A DNA stretch of 64,000 nt from Lishizhenia sp. (GTDB lineage Bacteria > Bacteroidota > Bacteroidia > Flavobacteriales_D > Crocinitomicaceae). Below the pieces are notes generated by a model. The model had not been told where the DNA came from. It was given only the letters and a program-made list of their open reading frames with translations, and did no database searches. This document shows positions 1-10,165 of this stretch, piece by piece. The stretch is taken from positions 101,595-165,594 of the forward strand of contig CBFHKX010000003.1 of NCBI GenBank assembly GCA_965656535.1. The letters run 5' to 3'. Within the stretch, counting starts at the first letter, position 1, and the number at the start of each line of letters is the position of its first letter. Made by a program: the position numbers and the translations under genes.

Positions 1-1104
1 TTCTTGTTTTCCTAGTCCTGGTGTAGCATAAAATCCGCTACATGGAGCCATCATTACAGTTGCTCCTTTGTATTCAAAATCTTCTAATAACCATTGACAA
101 AATTTTTCTGTGTCGTCAACAGGGAATTTTGCTACACAGTAGAAAGCACCTTTAGGTTTAGGGCAAGTAACACCTTCTATTGCGTTTAACCCGTCTACCA
201 TTATGTTTCTGCGCTCTACATATTCGTCTACAACTTCTGTAAAGTATGATTGCGGGGTTTGCAATGCAGCTTCAGATGCAATTTGTGCATAGGTCGGAGG
301 AGAAAGTCTAGCTTGGGCAAACTTTAATGCCGACTGCATTACTTCTTTGTTTTTCGTAAGCATAGCACCAATTCTTGCTCCACACATGGAGTAACGTTTA
401 GATACAGAGTCTACAAGCACAACGTTCTGGTCTAATCCTTCTAAGTTCATAACACTAAAAGGTTGCGCACCGTCGTAACAAAATTCTCTATATACTTCAT
501 CTGCAAATAGAAACAAATCATGCTTCTTTACAATATCTTTTAATTGCCCTAATTCTTCTTTACTGTAAAGGTATCCTGTAGGATTTCCTGGGTTACAGAT
601 TACAATACACTTCGTTTTATCTGTTATCTTTTTTTCAAACTCCTCAACAGCAGGTAATGCAAACCCATTTTCAATTGAAGAGGTTACAGGTACCACTGTT
701 AAACCTGCTGCTACAGCAAAACCGTTATAGTTTGCGTAAAAAGGTTCAGGTATGATTATTTCATCTCCTGGGTTACAGCAAGACATCATTCCAAACAATA
801 GTGCTTCAGAACCTCCTGTGGTAACAAGGATTTCTTCTTTCGTAACTTTAATTCCGTTTGAAGCATAATACTTTGAAAGACCTTCTCTGTAAGATTCAAA
901 TCCAGCTGAATGTGAATATGCAAGTACAGATATGTCAGAATTTTTAATTGCATCTCTTGCAACCTTGGGTGTTTCAATGTCGGGTTGACCTATATTTAAA
1001 TGAAATACCATCTTACCGAGCTTCTTGGCTTTTTCTGCATAAGGCACAAGCTTTCTAATTGGTGACGCAGGCATTTGTATTGCTTTTTCTGAAATATTTG
1101 GCAT
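1..1104 (-). CDS. Pyridoxal-phosphate-dependent aminotransferase (class I/II, AspAT-like); 3' end runs off the window
   Basis: Not in the ORF track. Manual translation from ATG at 1104 gives MPNISEKAIQMPASPIRKLVPYAEKAKKLG..HLNIGQPDIETP, typical of Bacteroidota class I/II aminotransferases. A minus-strand -7 element (caaattta, 1126-1133) lies upstream. Confidence 0.9.
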   Translation of the reverse strand, partial: MPNISEKAIQMPASPIRKLVPYAEKAKKLGKMVFHLNIGQPDIETPKVARDAIKNSDISVLAYSHSAGFESYREGLSKYYASNGIKVTKEEILVTTGGSEALLFGMMSCCNPGDEIIIPEPFYANYNGFAVAAGLTVVPVTSSIENGFALPAVEEFEKKITDKTKCIVICNPGNPTGYLYSKEELGQLKDIVKKHDLFLFADEVYREFCYDGAQPFSVMNLEGLDQNVVLVDSVSKRYSMCGARIGAMLTKNKEVMQSALKFAQARLSPPTYAQIASEAALQTPQSYFTEVVDEYVERRNIMVDGLNAIEGVTCPKPKGAFYCVAKFPVDDTEKFCQWLLEDFEYKGATVMMAPCSGFYATPGLGKQE

Positions 1105-1373
1105 ATTCTTAATTTTTTTGCACGCCAAATTTAAGTATACAGAACCAATTTTATTGAAGTTTTTCTAGAGAAAGCAAAAAAACTTCTGAATTAGCCAACC
1201 AATAGACAATAAACAACGTTAATTACAGAGCAAGGGAATAACTTTTTTTGGTTTGAAAATTGCACAACGATTAGAAATTGCTATATTGCCGACTCAAAAC
1301 AAAACAAAATAACGCGTATACGGAACATTTTACTCTTAACAATTTATTGAATATCATTAATTAATAGAGTACT

Positions 1374-1970
1374 ATGGATATGCTACAGCTTGAAGACCAT
1401 GTTTTGGTTTCTAATTACATTAGCGGAGAGGAGAAGGCCTTTGAGACACTCTTGCTAAGACACAAAGATAAAATCTATAATTTTATTTACATGAAAATAA
1501 AAGATCCTGCACGGTCGCAAGATATTTTTCAGGATACTTTTGTTAAAATTGTGAATACGCTAAGAAAAGGTGCATATAACGAAGAGGGTAAGTTTTTACC
1601 ATGGGCAATGCGTATTGCACACAATCTAGTTATTGACTATTTTAGAAAGGCTAATAAAGTAAGAATGATTTCTGAGACGAGCTATAAGACAGATGATTTC
1701 AATATTTTTTCAATTCTTAAAATAGAAGATGAAAATGTGCAGGAATCGTGGTCTAGAACTGAATTAGAAAACCAAATGGTTGATTTAATTGATCATTTAC
1801 CGGATTCTCAAAAGAATATATTAAACATGCGAATTTTTCAAGAGATGTCTTTTAAGGATATTGCAGAAAAAGAAAATATTAGTATTAATACAGCTTTAGG
1901 TAGAATGCGTTACGCTTTAATCAATATGAGGAAATTGATTGAAAAGCATGATTTAGTAACAGAAATTTAA
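1374..1970 (+). CDS. ECF-type sigma-70 family RNA polymerase sigma factor
   Basis: Region 2 (DIFQDTFVKI..FLPWAMRIAHNLVIDYFRK) and region 4 HTH (MSFKDIAEKENISINTALGRMRYA). Confidence 0.92.
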   Translation: MDMLQLEDHVLVSNYISGEEKAFETLLLRHKDKIYNFIYMKIKDPARSQDIFQDTFVKIVNTLRKGAYNEEGKFLPWAMRIAHNLVIDYFRKANKVRMISETSYKTDDFNIFSILKIEDENVQESWSRTELENQMVDLIDHLPDSQKNILNMRIFQEMSFKDIAEKENISINTALGRMRYALINMRKLIEKHDLVTEI

Positions 1971-2015
1971 TTTAAAGATAGGCAAGGAATAAATAAGAGG
2001 TACAACTAGTACTTC

Positions 2016-2696
2016 TTATTTTTTTGCTCTAATTTTTTTGATTATTTCCTTTTCAATTCCGTCACCATTTCGCAGGATATTCTTACACCATTCAATTTTA
2101 GTTTCAATTTGTTCATTCTTAGATAGTTTCCAGTTTAAGTTAGATTCTTCTAAACGCTGACGAACAGTATGCATTGTTAATGCAGCTGAAACTGAAACAT
2201 TGAAACTTTCTGTAAAGCCATACATAGGTAAATGAACATATCCGTCTGCACAGTCTAGAGCTTCTTGTGTTAAACCTTCTAGCTCCGTACCAAAAACAAG
2301 AGCCGTTTTTTGCGATAAATCTAAGTCATGTATGGTTATATTCGATTCGTGTGGTGTAGTAGCAATTATTTTATATCCTTTACTTTTTAGCTGTGATAGA
2401 CATTCATGCGTTGCATTTTCTGAAGTGTACTGATGTAAATTAACCCATTTACCTGCACCCATTGCAATTTCTCTGTCTACTTTATATTCATTTCTATCTT
2501 CAATAACATGTAAATCTTGAACACCGAAACAGTCACAACTCCTCATAACAGCGCTCGCATTATGCAGTTGAAACATATTTTCTAATACAATTGTGAAATA
2601 TCGGGTTCTTTCAGATGCATGTAAATCAAACATATTTTGTTTGCTTTTTGTAACAATATTATAAAAAGCTTCAAGTACTTTTTCTCTTTCTGTCAT
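2016..2696 (-). CDS. trmH: TrmH/SpoU family RNA 2'-O-methyltransferase
   Basis: SPOUT motifs HNASAVMRSCDCFG, VFGTELEGL and LPMYGFTESFNVSVSAA. Confidence 0.85.
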   Translation of the reverse strand: MTEREKVLEAFYNIVTKSKQNMFDLHASERTRYFTIVLENMFQLHNASAVMRSCDCFGVQDLHVIEDRNEYKVDREIAMGAGKWVNLHQYTSENATHECLSQLKSKGYKIIATTPHESNITIHDLDLSQKTALVFGTELEGLTQEALDCADGYVHLPMYGFTESFNVSVSAALTMHTVRQRLEESNLNWKLSKNEQIETKIEWCKNILRNGDGIEKEIIKKIRAKK

Positions 2697-2713
2697 ACTG
2701 TATAGAACAAAAA

Positions 2714-2736
2714 AAAGGGAGCGTAAAGCTCCCTTT
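2714..2736 (-). terminator. Intrinsic terminator after hup
   Basis: aaagggagc-gtaaa-gctcccttt hairpin with an A-run on its left (U-tract on the minus strand). Confidence 0.8.
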
Positions 2737-2753
2737 CTTCTAAATAAACATAA

Positions 2754-3026
2754 TTAGTTTACTTTACCTTGTAAATCAGCTCCTGCTTTGAACTTTACAA
2801 CGTTCTTTGCAGCGATTTGAATTTCTTTACCAGTTTGAGGATTTCTTCCTGTTCTAGCAGCTCTTTCAGAAACTGAGAAAGATCCGAAACCGATTAATGA
2901 GATTCTATCTCCTTTTTTTAACGCATCAGCTGTTGCGTCAATGAATCCGTCTAATGCTTTTTTTGCATCAGCTTTTGATAATCCAGCGTTTGAAGCCATT
3001 GCCTCAATTAATTCTGCTTTGTTCAT
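2754..3026 (-). CDS. hup: DNA-binding protein HU
   Basis: MNKAELIEAMA...GFGSFSVSERAARTGRNPQTGKEIQI. Start moved from 3131 to the ATG at 3026, supported by family length (90 aa) and a -7 element caaatata at 3063-3070. Confidence 0.97.
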   Translation of the reverse strand: MNKAELIEAMASNAGLSKADAKKALDGFIDATADALKKGDRISLIGFGSFSVSERAARTGRNPQTGKEIQIAAKNVVKFKAGADLQGKVN

Positions 3027-3330
3027 AGTTTTGGTTTTTTTTGTTTTCAAAATTAACTGAAACAAATATATACGAATATCCGCATGAAACAAGGGATTGA
3101 TGAAAAAAAATGAAAAAATGTTGATAAACACGTCAGTATGTTGAAAAAAATGGTGTTTTTCCTAATGTTTACAAGGGTTTAGACGTATTATTCCTTATTT
3201 ATAGGTTTGTATTTGTTAAAAAAGTAGAATATTGGTCTACTTGATTCTAGGCATAATACGAGATTTATGATTTCTTTTTCTGTTTTTTAAACGTTTTAAA
3301 ATATTATTTTTGACGAAATTTTAATCAAAA

Positions 3331-4299
3331 TTAATAACCTGCTATTTTCCAGTCTGTTGGACTAAAACCAAGAATGAACTGCTCCGCTTTAAGTCGTTTT
3401 TTACCCTCTAGTTGTAATTCTTTAATTTCTAAAGATCCAGAGTTTAGAAGAACTAAGAGCGACTTATCTTTAATTATCAACTCAATATTTTGATGTTGGG
3501 TTGTTTCATCGCAAATGGAAGCAGAAAACACTTTTACAGTTTTTTCTAGGTTGTCTTTTATTCGAATTAATTTAAACCAAGCTGTAGGGTAGGGAGAAAG
3601 TCCTCTTATAAAATTATGTACCGTTAAGGCAGGCTGTTCAAAATTTATTTTACAATCGGGTTTAAATATCTTAGGAGCACTTTTTAATTCACCTTTTAAT
3701 AACAGCGATTGTGCGGTTCTTTCAACTTCTCCTTTCGCAATCTTAAGAACAGACTGTAATGTGAGCTTTGCTCCAAGATGCATGAGTTTATCATGTAAAT
3801 CACCAGCTGTATCGGTGTTTTGTATTTCAATGGCTTCTTGTTCTATTACTAAACCAGTATCAATTTCTTGTTCAATAAAGAATGTAGTAACACCTGTTTT
3901 TTCTTCTCCATTTATTACTGCCCAATTTATAGGTGCAGCACCTCTGTACTGCGGTAATAAACTTGCGTGTAAGTTTATGGTTCCTTTAGATGGCATATTC
4001 CAAACTATCTCGGGTAACATCCTAAAGGCAACTACTACAAATAAGTCTGCATTAATTTCTTGTAACTCTTCTACAAAGCTTGTTTCTTTTAGATTGGCGG
4101 GCTGTAAACACCGAAGATTATTTGCTTCTGAAAATAGTTTTACAGCACTTTTATTAATTTTTTGACCTCTACCTGCTGGTTTGTCCGGCGCAGTTAGTGT
4201 TGCCAGAACATTAACATTTTCGTTTTCGTTTAGCGTTTTTAAAATGGTCACAGCAAATTCAGGCGTTCCCATAAAAATAATATTTATTTTTTGCATCAA
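3331..4299 (-). CDS. fmt: Methionyl-tRNA formyltransferase
   Basis: IIFMGTPEFA, INLHASLLPQYRGAAPINWA and HNFIRGLSPYPTAW motifs. Confidence 0.96.
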   Translation of the reverse strand: MMQKINIIFMGTPEFAVTILKTLNENENVNVLATLTAPDKPAGRGQKINKSAVKLFSEANNLRCLQPANLKETSFVEELQEINADLFVVVAFRMLPEIVWNMPSKGTINLHASLLPQYRGAAPINWAVINGEEKTGVTTFFIEQEIDTGLVIEQEAIEIQNTDTAGDLHDKLMHLGAKLTLQSVLKIAKGEVERTAQSLLLKGELKSAPKIFKPDCKINFEQPALTVHNFIRGLSPYPTAWFKLIRIKDNLEKTVKVFSASICDETTQHQNIELIIKDKSLLVLLNSGSLEIKELQLEGKKRLKAEQFILGFSPTDWKIAGY

Positions 4300-5645
4300 A
4301 TAATCTTTTTTTGCCAGTTAAAAAATTTCAAATAAACAAGAGATAAAACTCCCATAACTCCGAAATAAATATACTCAACAAACCACACATTATAGATATG
4401 TAGTTCAAATACTTTTATAAACAAAAAAGCAAAGACTAAATAAATTAGAATACTTGATATTTCTATAATCAACGTTGCTCTTGTATTGCCAGAACCGTTA
4501 ATCGTTTGAAAAAAGGGAGTAAAAAGTGCGAACATAAAAATTGATCCAAATACCATTCTTAAGATTGCAGCACTATCGTTTAAATATGTTTTGTCCGGGT
4601 TAACTAAATTAATCAACGTTTCCGGATAAAATAATGTACCATGAAAAAGTAAGATTACAAATAATGCACTCAGCAAGAGTATACGGTATTGGACTTTTTT
4701 TATTTGCTTAAAATCTTTTGCTCCCATAAAATGAGAAACATATGTTTTTGTAGTTGCTGCAAAACCAAAAATTGGAACAAAAGCAATCATATATATAAAG
4801 CGAATATTCTGCGATACTGTTAAGTCGTACCTGCTTCGTTGTTCTATAAATGTAAAAAAGACAGTCCATGTTGCAAGGGCAAGAAAACCCTGAAAGAGCA
4901 GAGGAGATCCAACTTTCCACAAAGAGGTTAATGTTTCTTTTTTGATCCGGAATGTACTGAAAATCTCAAACTTTTTGCGCTCGTCTACACGTAGCATCAT
5001 AATAAAAAGAAAGATTACGGCTGTACCTTCAGCAATGTTGCTGGCAATAGCAGCGCCTTCTAGCCCTAAACTTGGTATACTGCCTTCTATCCCAAAAACT
5101 AAAATTATATCTAATGTAATATTACTTACAGCAAAAATCAAAGCACTTACCAGTATTATCCAAGTTTTACCGATAGCCAAGAAGAATGCATTAAACGTAA
5201 TCATCAAGGATGCTACAAAAAATCCAATGCTTCTAATCGATATAAAGTCTACTTGCTTTTGAGCTAAGTTTAAATCACTAGAGTAAGAGAAAAGCATACT
5301 CGGTATAAGGAATTGAACCAAAGAAAAGAATAACAAGGCTAGAAATAGATTGCTAAAAATACTTGATGGAATTAAATGCTTTACAGCGTTTATTCGTTTT
5401 TCTCCAATCCGATTAGATATTAAAATTTGTGCTCCATCACCTAATCCGCTCATACCCATAAACAGCGTAACGTATATGAGTCCGGCATTTCCGCTGGCAT
5501 CAAAGCTCAAGCTACTCAGATTATTCAGTATATCATACCGATTTAATATAGCAGCGTCAGTAATCATTACAACAGACTGAATAAACATCCCAACCATCAT
5601 CGGTAGGGCAATTTTTAAGATAGATATGTAGTTTGTTTTCAGCAT
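4296..5645 (-). CDS. MATE family efflux transporter
   Basis: About 12 hydrophobic segments in two repeats, with IALPM and GLEGAAIAS motifs. Overlaps the fmt start and the rlmI stop (coupled operon). Confidence 0.88.
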   Translation of the reverse strand: MLKTNYISILKIALPMMVGMFIQSVVMITDAAILNRYDILNNLSSLSFDASGNAGLIYVTLFMGMSGLGDGAQILISNRIGEKRINAVKHLIPSSIFSNLFLALLFFSLVQFLIPSMLFSYSSDLNLAQKQVDFISIRSIGFFVASLMITFNAFFLAIGKTWIILVSALIFAVSNITLDIILVFGIEGSIPSLGLEGAAIASNIAEGTAVIFLFIMMLRVDERKKFEIFSTFRIKKETLTSLWKVGSPLLFQGFLALATWTVFFTFIEQRSRYDLTVSQNIRFIYMIAFVPIFGFAATTKTYVSHFMGAKDFKQIKKVQYRILLLSALFVILLFHGTLFYPETLINLVNPDKTYLNDSAAILRMVFGSIFMFALFTPFFQTINGSGNTRATLIIEISSILIYLVFAFLFIKVFELHIYNVWFVEYIYFGVMGVLSLVYLKFFNWQKKII

Positions 5646-6823
5646 TAATCTACTTGAATAACTAAACCTTTTAAGTATTCTCCTTCTGGATGGAAGGCAT
5701 TTATAGGGTGGTCTGCTGGCTGGTGTAACTGTTCAAGTATGCGAACATTTCTTTTACATTCAATAGCAGCTGCAATAACCGCCTTGTTAAATAAAAACTT
5801 ATCAACTACCTGCGAACAAGAGAACGTAAAAATAATTCCACCTGGCTTTATTTGTCTAATCGCATTTGCATTTAAACGCGTGTAGGCTTTGATGGCTTTG
5901 TGACGCTTGTCTCTATGTTTTGCAAATGCCGGTGGATCTAGAATAATTACATCATAATCAGTTTCTACATCATTCATATGTTTTACTGCATCAGCCTTTA
6001 TTGAGGTATGGTTTTTATTGTTTTTAATTAAAGCTAAGTTTTGTTCTACCAGTGTAATTGCTTTTTCGCTGCTATCTAAACTATGTACTTCTTTGGCGCC
6101 AGCTTCTAGGGCATACATGCTAAAACCGCCAGAATAACAAAAGGTGTTGAGTACTTTTTTTCCTGCACTGTATTTAGCTAAAAGTGCTCTATTTTCTCTT
6201 TGGTCAATAAAAAAACCAGTTTTTTGCCCCGTAATCCAATTAACGGAAAAAGGAATTCCATTTTCTTTGGCAATATGAGGTACAGTTGTTTCTCCGAATA
6301 AATATTTGTTTTCAGCGTCTACACGATTAGGTAAGGTTTCCTTACTTTTCGAGTAAACAGCTATTAGCTTATCTCCTAAAGCATTTTGAAGCGCAGTACA
6401 AATTTGCTCTTCAGCTAAAAACATTCCGGTAGAGTGTGCTTGAACAACAGCAACACCAGCATAATAATCAATAATTAGACCGGGTAAATTATCACCTTCT
6501 CCATGAATTAGTCTGCAAATTTGATTTTTTTCCGATAATAAGCCAAGTGTGTAACGAATGTCTACAGCATTTTTAATCTTTTTATTCCAAAAATCTTGAT
6601 TGATTCTTTCTTGTTCATTAAATGTGAGAATTCTAACAGCAATTGATCCGGGTTGGAAATGACCGCGTGCTAAAAATTGTTGATTCCTAGTTATTAAGTC
6701 TATTGTGCACCCGTCTTCAAAATCTTGTGTTTCTGATTCTATTGCTCCAGAAAATACCCAAGGATGTTTTCTTAGGAGAGCATCAAGTTTTGATTTTCTG
6801 ACTATTGCGGTATTGTTTTTCAT
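5645..6823 (-). CDS. rlmI: Class I SAM-dependent rRNA methyltransferase, RlmI-like (23S m5C1962)
   Basis: RKHPWVFSG PUA region, HGEGDNLPGLIID, QKTGFFIDQRENR, LNTFCYSGGFS, IILDPPAFAK and TFSCS. Start taken at ATG 6823 (MKNNTAI). Confidence 0.88.
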   Translation of the reverse strand: MKNNTAIVRKSKLDALLRKHPWVFSGAIESETQDFEDGCTIDLITRNQQFLARGHFQPGSIAVRILTFNEQERINQDFWNKKIKNAVDIRYTLGLLSEKNQICRLIHGEGDNLPGLIIDYYAGVAVVQAHSTGMFLAEEQICTALQNALGDKLIAVYSKSKETLPNRVDAENKYLFGETTVPHIAKENGIPFSVNWITGQKTGFFIDQRENRALLAKYSAGKKVLNTFCYSGGFSMYALEAGAKEVHSLDSSEKAITLVEQNLALIKNNKNHTSIKADAVKHMNDVETDYDVIILDPPAFAKHRDKRHKAIKAYTRLNANAIRQIKPGGIIFTFSCSQVVDKFLFNKAVIAAAIECKRNVRILEQLHQPADHPINAFHPEGEYLKGLVIQVD

Positions 6824-6998
6824 TATCTTGGAAATTTCTACTAATTTACAGCAGCGAAGGTATAAATTGATACCCACTTTCAGTCCTTTTTTTTTCTTAG
6901 TTTTAATTTAACTACCCAAAGTCTGGAAGTAAAGTAAGTATGCTTGTTTTATTTAAATGCAGAAATTTTAAAAAGCAAAATATAATTACCTTTACATT

Positions 6999-7424
6999 AT
7001 GAAGTTAAATGCACATTTTTTTCTTTTAAATATTGACTTTTCACAAGAACACGCAGATGCAAACCACAATGGAGAAGAGTCAGAGAATAACCTGAAATAT
7101 GAGTGGGAAGATCATCTGAGTCTTTCTAATGAAATAAAAACGGTTAAAACACACGAAGGTAGTTTTCCTTTACAAGGAGAATTACCAGATGGAACGTCCT
7201 TTAAAGAAGAGGTTGACAAAATGGTATTGTTTGAATGTGAGGGTGACGATAATTCTAAAACTTACTTTGCTTGTTCTAAACAATTAATTGAATCTTATGA
7301 AATTAAAGAACAAGAAGATACCATTACATTAAATGTTTACTTTAAAGATTATGAGCCCTTGTCTAATCCTACTCCTGGAGTATATATTGCTGCTCAAGAT
7401 TTTCCAAAGAAATTGATATTTTAA
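6999..7424 (+). CDS. Hypothetical acidic protein (141 aa)
   Basis: Clean ORF immediately upstream of the ABC ATPase; no family recognised. Confidence 0.7.
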   Translation: MKLNAHFFLLNIDFSQEHADANHNGEESENNLKYEWEDHLSLSNEIKTVKTHEGSFPLQGELPDGTSFKEEVDKMVLFECEGDDNSKTYFACSKQLIESYEIKEQEDTITLNVYFKDYEPLSNPTPGVYIAAQDFPKKLIF

Positions 7425-7427
7425 GGT

Positions 7428-8351
7428 ATGCTAAAAGTAGATAGTCTTTCATTTTCATATGAAGATAGAACTATTTTTAGTAAACTAGATTTATCTTTAG
7501 CCCCAGGAGAAGTAATCGCTGTTGTTGGCCCAAGTGGTATTGGTAAGTCGACCCTTCTTAAATGTATTGCTGGCTTTTTACAGCCATTGAGTGGTAAAGT
7601 ATTGTTTGAAAAAAAACGTGTATATGGTATAAACGAAGTGTTGGTTCCAGGACACGAAGATATTGCTCTAGTAAATCAAGATTACGCCTTAGATACCTAT
7701 CATACCGTAGAAGAGAATATTCGAAATATAGTGTTACATCTATCAAAACAAGATAGAGATGAGTTTGTCAATGAATTGCTTGACCTTGTAGATTTGAAGA
7801 AATTGAAAGATGCGCAGGCAATTCAATTATCTGGCGGAGAACAACAGCGTTTAGCTTTGGCAAGAGCATTAGCCAAAGAGCCTAAACTGCTTTTGTTAGA
7901 TGAACCCTTTACGCATTTAGATATTCACTTAAGGCGAAGAGTTGGACAATACATAAAAACACTTTCCAAATTGCGGAAGATGAGTGTAATTTTAGTAACA
8001 CATGAAGGAGAAGAAGCCCTTTCTTGGGCGCAGAATTTGTATTTTTTTGACGAAACTCGGTTACATTTTTTAGGCAATCCTGTTGAAGTTTACTCTAATC
8101 CTTGCGATACTTATCGTGCTCGGTTTTTTGGAGAAGTGAACGAAATAGTTATAAATAACCGTTCTTTTTTATTCAGACCAAGCCAATATAGTTTAGCAAA
8201 GTCTAATTTTACTCAAGTTATTAATTTACATTTCGAGTATGCTGATTTTAGGGGAAGTTACTTTGCAAATTATTTTAAGACCGAAGAAGAGGTAACCGTT
8301 GTACTGTATAGTAAAAGTAGAATGGATTTAATTAAACGCTGCTATGTCTGA
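7428..8351 (+). CDS. ABC transporter ATP-binding protein (FbpC/PotA-like)
   Basis: Walker A GPSGIGKS, signature LSGGEQQR, Walker B LLLLDEP and H-loop LVTHE. Confidence 0.9.
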   Translation: MLKVDSLSFSYEDRTIFSKLDLSLAPGEVIAVVGPSGIGKSTLLKCIAGFLQPLSGKVLFEKKRVYGINEVLVPGHEDIALVNQDYALDTYHTVEENIRNIVLHLSKQDRDEFVNELLDLVDLKKLKDAQAIQLSGGEQQRLALARALAKEPKLLLLDEPFTHLDIHLRRRVGQYIKTLSKLRKMSVILVTHEGEEALSWAQNLYFFDETRLHFLGNPVEVYSNPCDTYRARFFGEVNEIVINNRSFLFRPSQYSLAKSNFTQVINLHFEYADFRGSYFANYFKTEEEVTVVLYSKSRMDLIKRCYV

Positions 8352-9231
8352 TAAAAAAGTAAGACGACTTTCTTGGAAAGAAATATATAAGCTTTGTAAA
8401 ACAAGTTTTATAGAATTTATAAAAGACGACAGTTTTACGCATGGAGCTGCTTTAGCGTATTACGCTATTTTTGCACTTGTTCCAATAATGTATTTAGCCA
8501 TTAGCATCTTTGGTTTTATTGTTGGCGACGCAACCGTAATATCCATCATAGAAGATGTAATGCAAAAGAATATGGGGATTCAGGATGTCTCAGGTATTAC
8601 TTCTTTTATGAAACAAATAGAAATTGGAGATGGTGGATTTACATTGAAAATTATTGGTTCTATAGTTCTCCTTTTTTCGGCAACGGCTATTTTAAATGCC
8701 TTGAGAAATAGCATAAATACTTTTTTTCATATTGATACGGTTGAATCAAAAAGAAATGCGGTTTTACAAAATTTAATAGGAAGAGCAATAAGTTTGGGTA
8801 TACTATCTCTTTTTGGCGTTTGTTTAATAATTATGTATTTCGCTCAAACGGTTATATTTTCTGTTGCAGATAATTTGTTTGATAATCAAAGTGGAATCAG
8901 GTATTTCTTTTATCAAATAATAGAGCATGGTTCAATTATTCTAGTTAATGTAATTATGTTTGCTTTCATATTTAAGTATTTACATGACGGGAAAGTAAAA
9001 TGGAAACTCGCCTGGGGTGGTAGTTTGTTTACATCTATTTTACTTTACCTCGGACAATTGCTTATTAAATTTTACCTCGTTAATTTTTTCTTTGCAAAAG
9101 ATGGTGGAGTAGCAGGTACTTTACTTGTTATACTTACATGGATGTTTTATACTTCTCAAATTATTTTTCTGGGCGCAAAATTCACATCAGTGTATGCTAG
9201 AATGGTTGGAGAACCTATTGTTGCAAAATAA
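8344..9231 (+). CDS. YihY/BrkB family membrane protein
   Basis: HGAALAYYAIFAL, LNALRNSINTFF and GTLLVILTWMFYTSQIIFLGA motifs; multiple TM segments. Confidence 0.9.
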   Translation: MSDKKVRRLSWKEIYKLCKTSFIEFIKDDSFTHGAALAYYAIFALVPIMYLAISIFGFIVGDATVISIIEDVMQKNMGIQDVSGITSFMKQIEIGDGGFTLKIIGSIVLLFSATAILNALRNSINTFFHIDTVESKRNAVLQNLIGRAISLGILSLFGVCLIIMYFAQTVIFSVADNLFDNQSGIRYFFYQIIEHGSIILVNVIMFAFIFKYLHDGKVKWKLAWGGSLFTSILLYLGQLLIKFYLVNFFFAKDGGVAGTLLVILTWMFYTSQIIFLGAKFTSVYARMVGEPIVAK

Positions 9232-9266
9232 TTCATCTTATTTTTGATTAGGAAATAATCGTTTTG

Positions 9267-9295
9267 TATATTTGACTATTATTTAATCAGTCAAA
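9267..9295 (+). promoter_or_regulatory. Bacteroidota -7 promoter element (tatatttg) overlapped by palindrome TTTGACT-N11-AGTCAAA
   Basis: TAnnTTTG at 9267-9274 and a perfect 7-bp inverted repeat at 9271-9295, ending 16 nt before the start of the XRE-S24 gene. Confidence 0.6.
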
Positions 9296-9311
9296 CGGTA
9301 ATTTTATAATC

Positions 9312-10130
9312 ATGCATCTAGGCGGAAATCTCAAATTGTTAAGAAAGTTAAAGAAAAAATCTCAAGAAGATATTTCTAAAGAATTAGGTTTAACACGCTC
9401 TACTTACAGCGGGTATGAAAATGGTGTAGCTGAGCCAGGAATAGAAACCTTGGTTGGTATTTCAAACTATTATTCACTTCCTTTAGATGATTTGATTAAA
9501 AAGGATTTTTCTAAGCTAAAAGAAAAAGATTGGGAGTCTATAGACAAAGGTGTATATGCAGATATTAAAGGACAACAACTTCGTATTTTAACAACAACCG
9601 TAAACGCTGAAAATGAAGAGATAATAGAAATGATATCTCAAAAAGCATCTGCAGGATACACTTCTGGATATGCTGATCCAGATTATATTAAAGTATTACC
9701 AACATTTAGCTTACCTTTTTTATCTAAAAATAGAAAGTACAGGTCTTTCCCTATTCAGGGAGACAGCATGCCTCCGGTTGGTCCAGGGTCTCACGTGGTA
9801 GGAGAGTTCGTTCAAAATTGGGCAACTATTAAATCGGGAACTCCTTGTGTAATTGTTACCAAAGAAGATGGGATTGTATTTAAAATGGTCAACAACAAAT
9901 TGGAAAGTACACAGTCTTTTCAATTGTGTTCTACTAATCCGTTATATACACCTTACATGGTGCACGTGAATGAAATCATAGAGATTTGGAAGTTTGTTAA
10001 CTACATTTCGCCAGACTTACCCGATGTTAAAATAGATGAAGGAGAAATGATACAAACAATGAAGCAGCTGCAAGCTGAAGTCCACGAATTAAAGAACTCG
10101 TTTATACCAAAAAATAAAGCGTTGAATTAA
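9312..10130 (+). CDS. XRE-HTH + S24 peptidase-like transcriptional repressor (LexA/CI-like)
   Basis: N-terminal HTH (SQEDISKELGLTRSTYSGYENG), Ala-Gly site (KASAGY), Ser motif QGDSM and Lys motif GIVFK. Confidence 0.88.
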   Translation: MHLGGNLKLLRKLKKKSQEDISKELGLTRSTYSGYENGVAEPGIETLVGISNYYSLPLDDLIKKDFSKLKEKDWESIDKGVYADIKGQQLRILTTTVNAENEEIIEMISQKASAGYTSGYADPDYIKVLPTFSLPFLSKNRKYRSFPIQGDSMPPVGPGSHVVGEFVQNWATIKSGTPCVIVTKEDGIVFKMVNNKLESTQSFQLCSTNPLYTPYMVHVNEIIEIWKFVNYISPDLPDVKIDEGEMIQTMKQLQAEVHELKNSFIPKNKALN

Positions 10131-10165
10131 AAAAATCCAACGCCTCATTTTATTTGTAGTAAAGG

